From assembly GCF_009914755.1 (NCBI RefSeq), contig NC_060942.1: a stretch of DNA of 64,000 nucleotides; one strand, written 5' to 3'. This stretch comes from the human T2T-CHM13v2.0 reference genome, Homo sapiens. Below the pieces are notes generated by a model. It worked only from the letters and a program-made list of their open reading frames with translations, did not search any database and was not told the DNA's origin. The position numbers were made by a program, and so were the translations under genes. Positions 63,676 to 64,000 of the stretch are shown one piece after another; position 1 is the first letter of the stretch; the number at the start of each line of letters is the position of its first letter.

Positions 63676-64000
63676 CCAATATTCTCCTGCTATGCAGAAC
63701 TTTGTTCTTGCCGTTTTTTTGCTGTTCTCCAAATTTGTTCCCCACTAAAATAGAAACCTTCCCTTCTCTCCTGTCCTCTCATTTCAGTTCTACTCTTCAA
63801 TTATCTTGCTCCACCCCCTCTAGCCCTTCTATTCTTACGGCATTTAATTTGAAGTAATTTATAATTTACTAATAATGTGCTAACTTGGGTACTTGTTTTA
63901 TCTTCATCACATATTCTGCAACTTGAGGACAGACTGGGTTTTGCTATCTTTGTTCATCTTATGGTGCTTTCTCATGTCTTTTTCACTTTTTGTTATCATA

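Overview
Human (or great-ape) genomic DNA, identifiable as the 3' end of PTPN2 (T-cell protein tyrosine phosphatase, chr18p11.21) plus about 52 kb of downstream sequence. PTPN2 is on the minus strand. Exon 9 (61483 downward) either reads through to the hydrophobic ER-anchor C-terminus of TC48 (stop at 61276) or splices at an internal donor (61381) to exon 10 (52839), giving the nuclear TC45 ending PRLTDT. The rest is repeat-dense: about 50 Alus, old L1/L2/MIR fragments, a 5'-truncated HERV-L with an MLT2A1 LTR (20981-26570), an older ERVL (~34060-37765), solo LTRs with intact target-site duplications (TSDs; LTR12C, MER4A, MST), hAT DNA transposons and a Y3 RNA pseudogene. Nearly all ORFs in the supplied track are repeat-derived or chance. 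The most interesting signal is a minus-strand non-coding architecture downstream of PTPN2: two LTR promoter modules (LTR12C, MLT2A1), each followed by a consensus splice donor, point toward a strong terminal exon at ~6490-6924, next to a CpG island with a STAT site and an autoimmune GWAS SNP context. There are also two candidate alternative exons in the last PTPN2 intron. Repeat subfamily names and SNP/lncRNA identities are recalled, not searched, and repeat boundaries are approximate unless a TSD is quoted.
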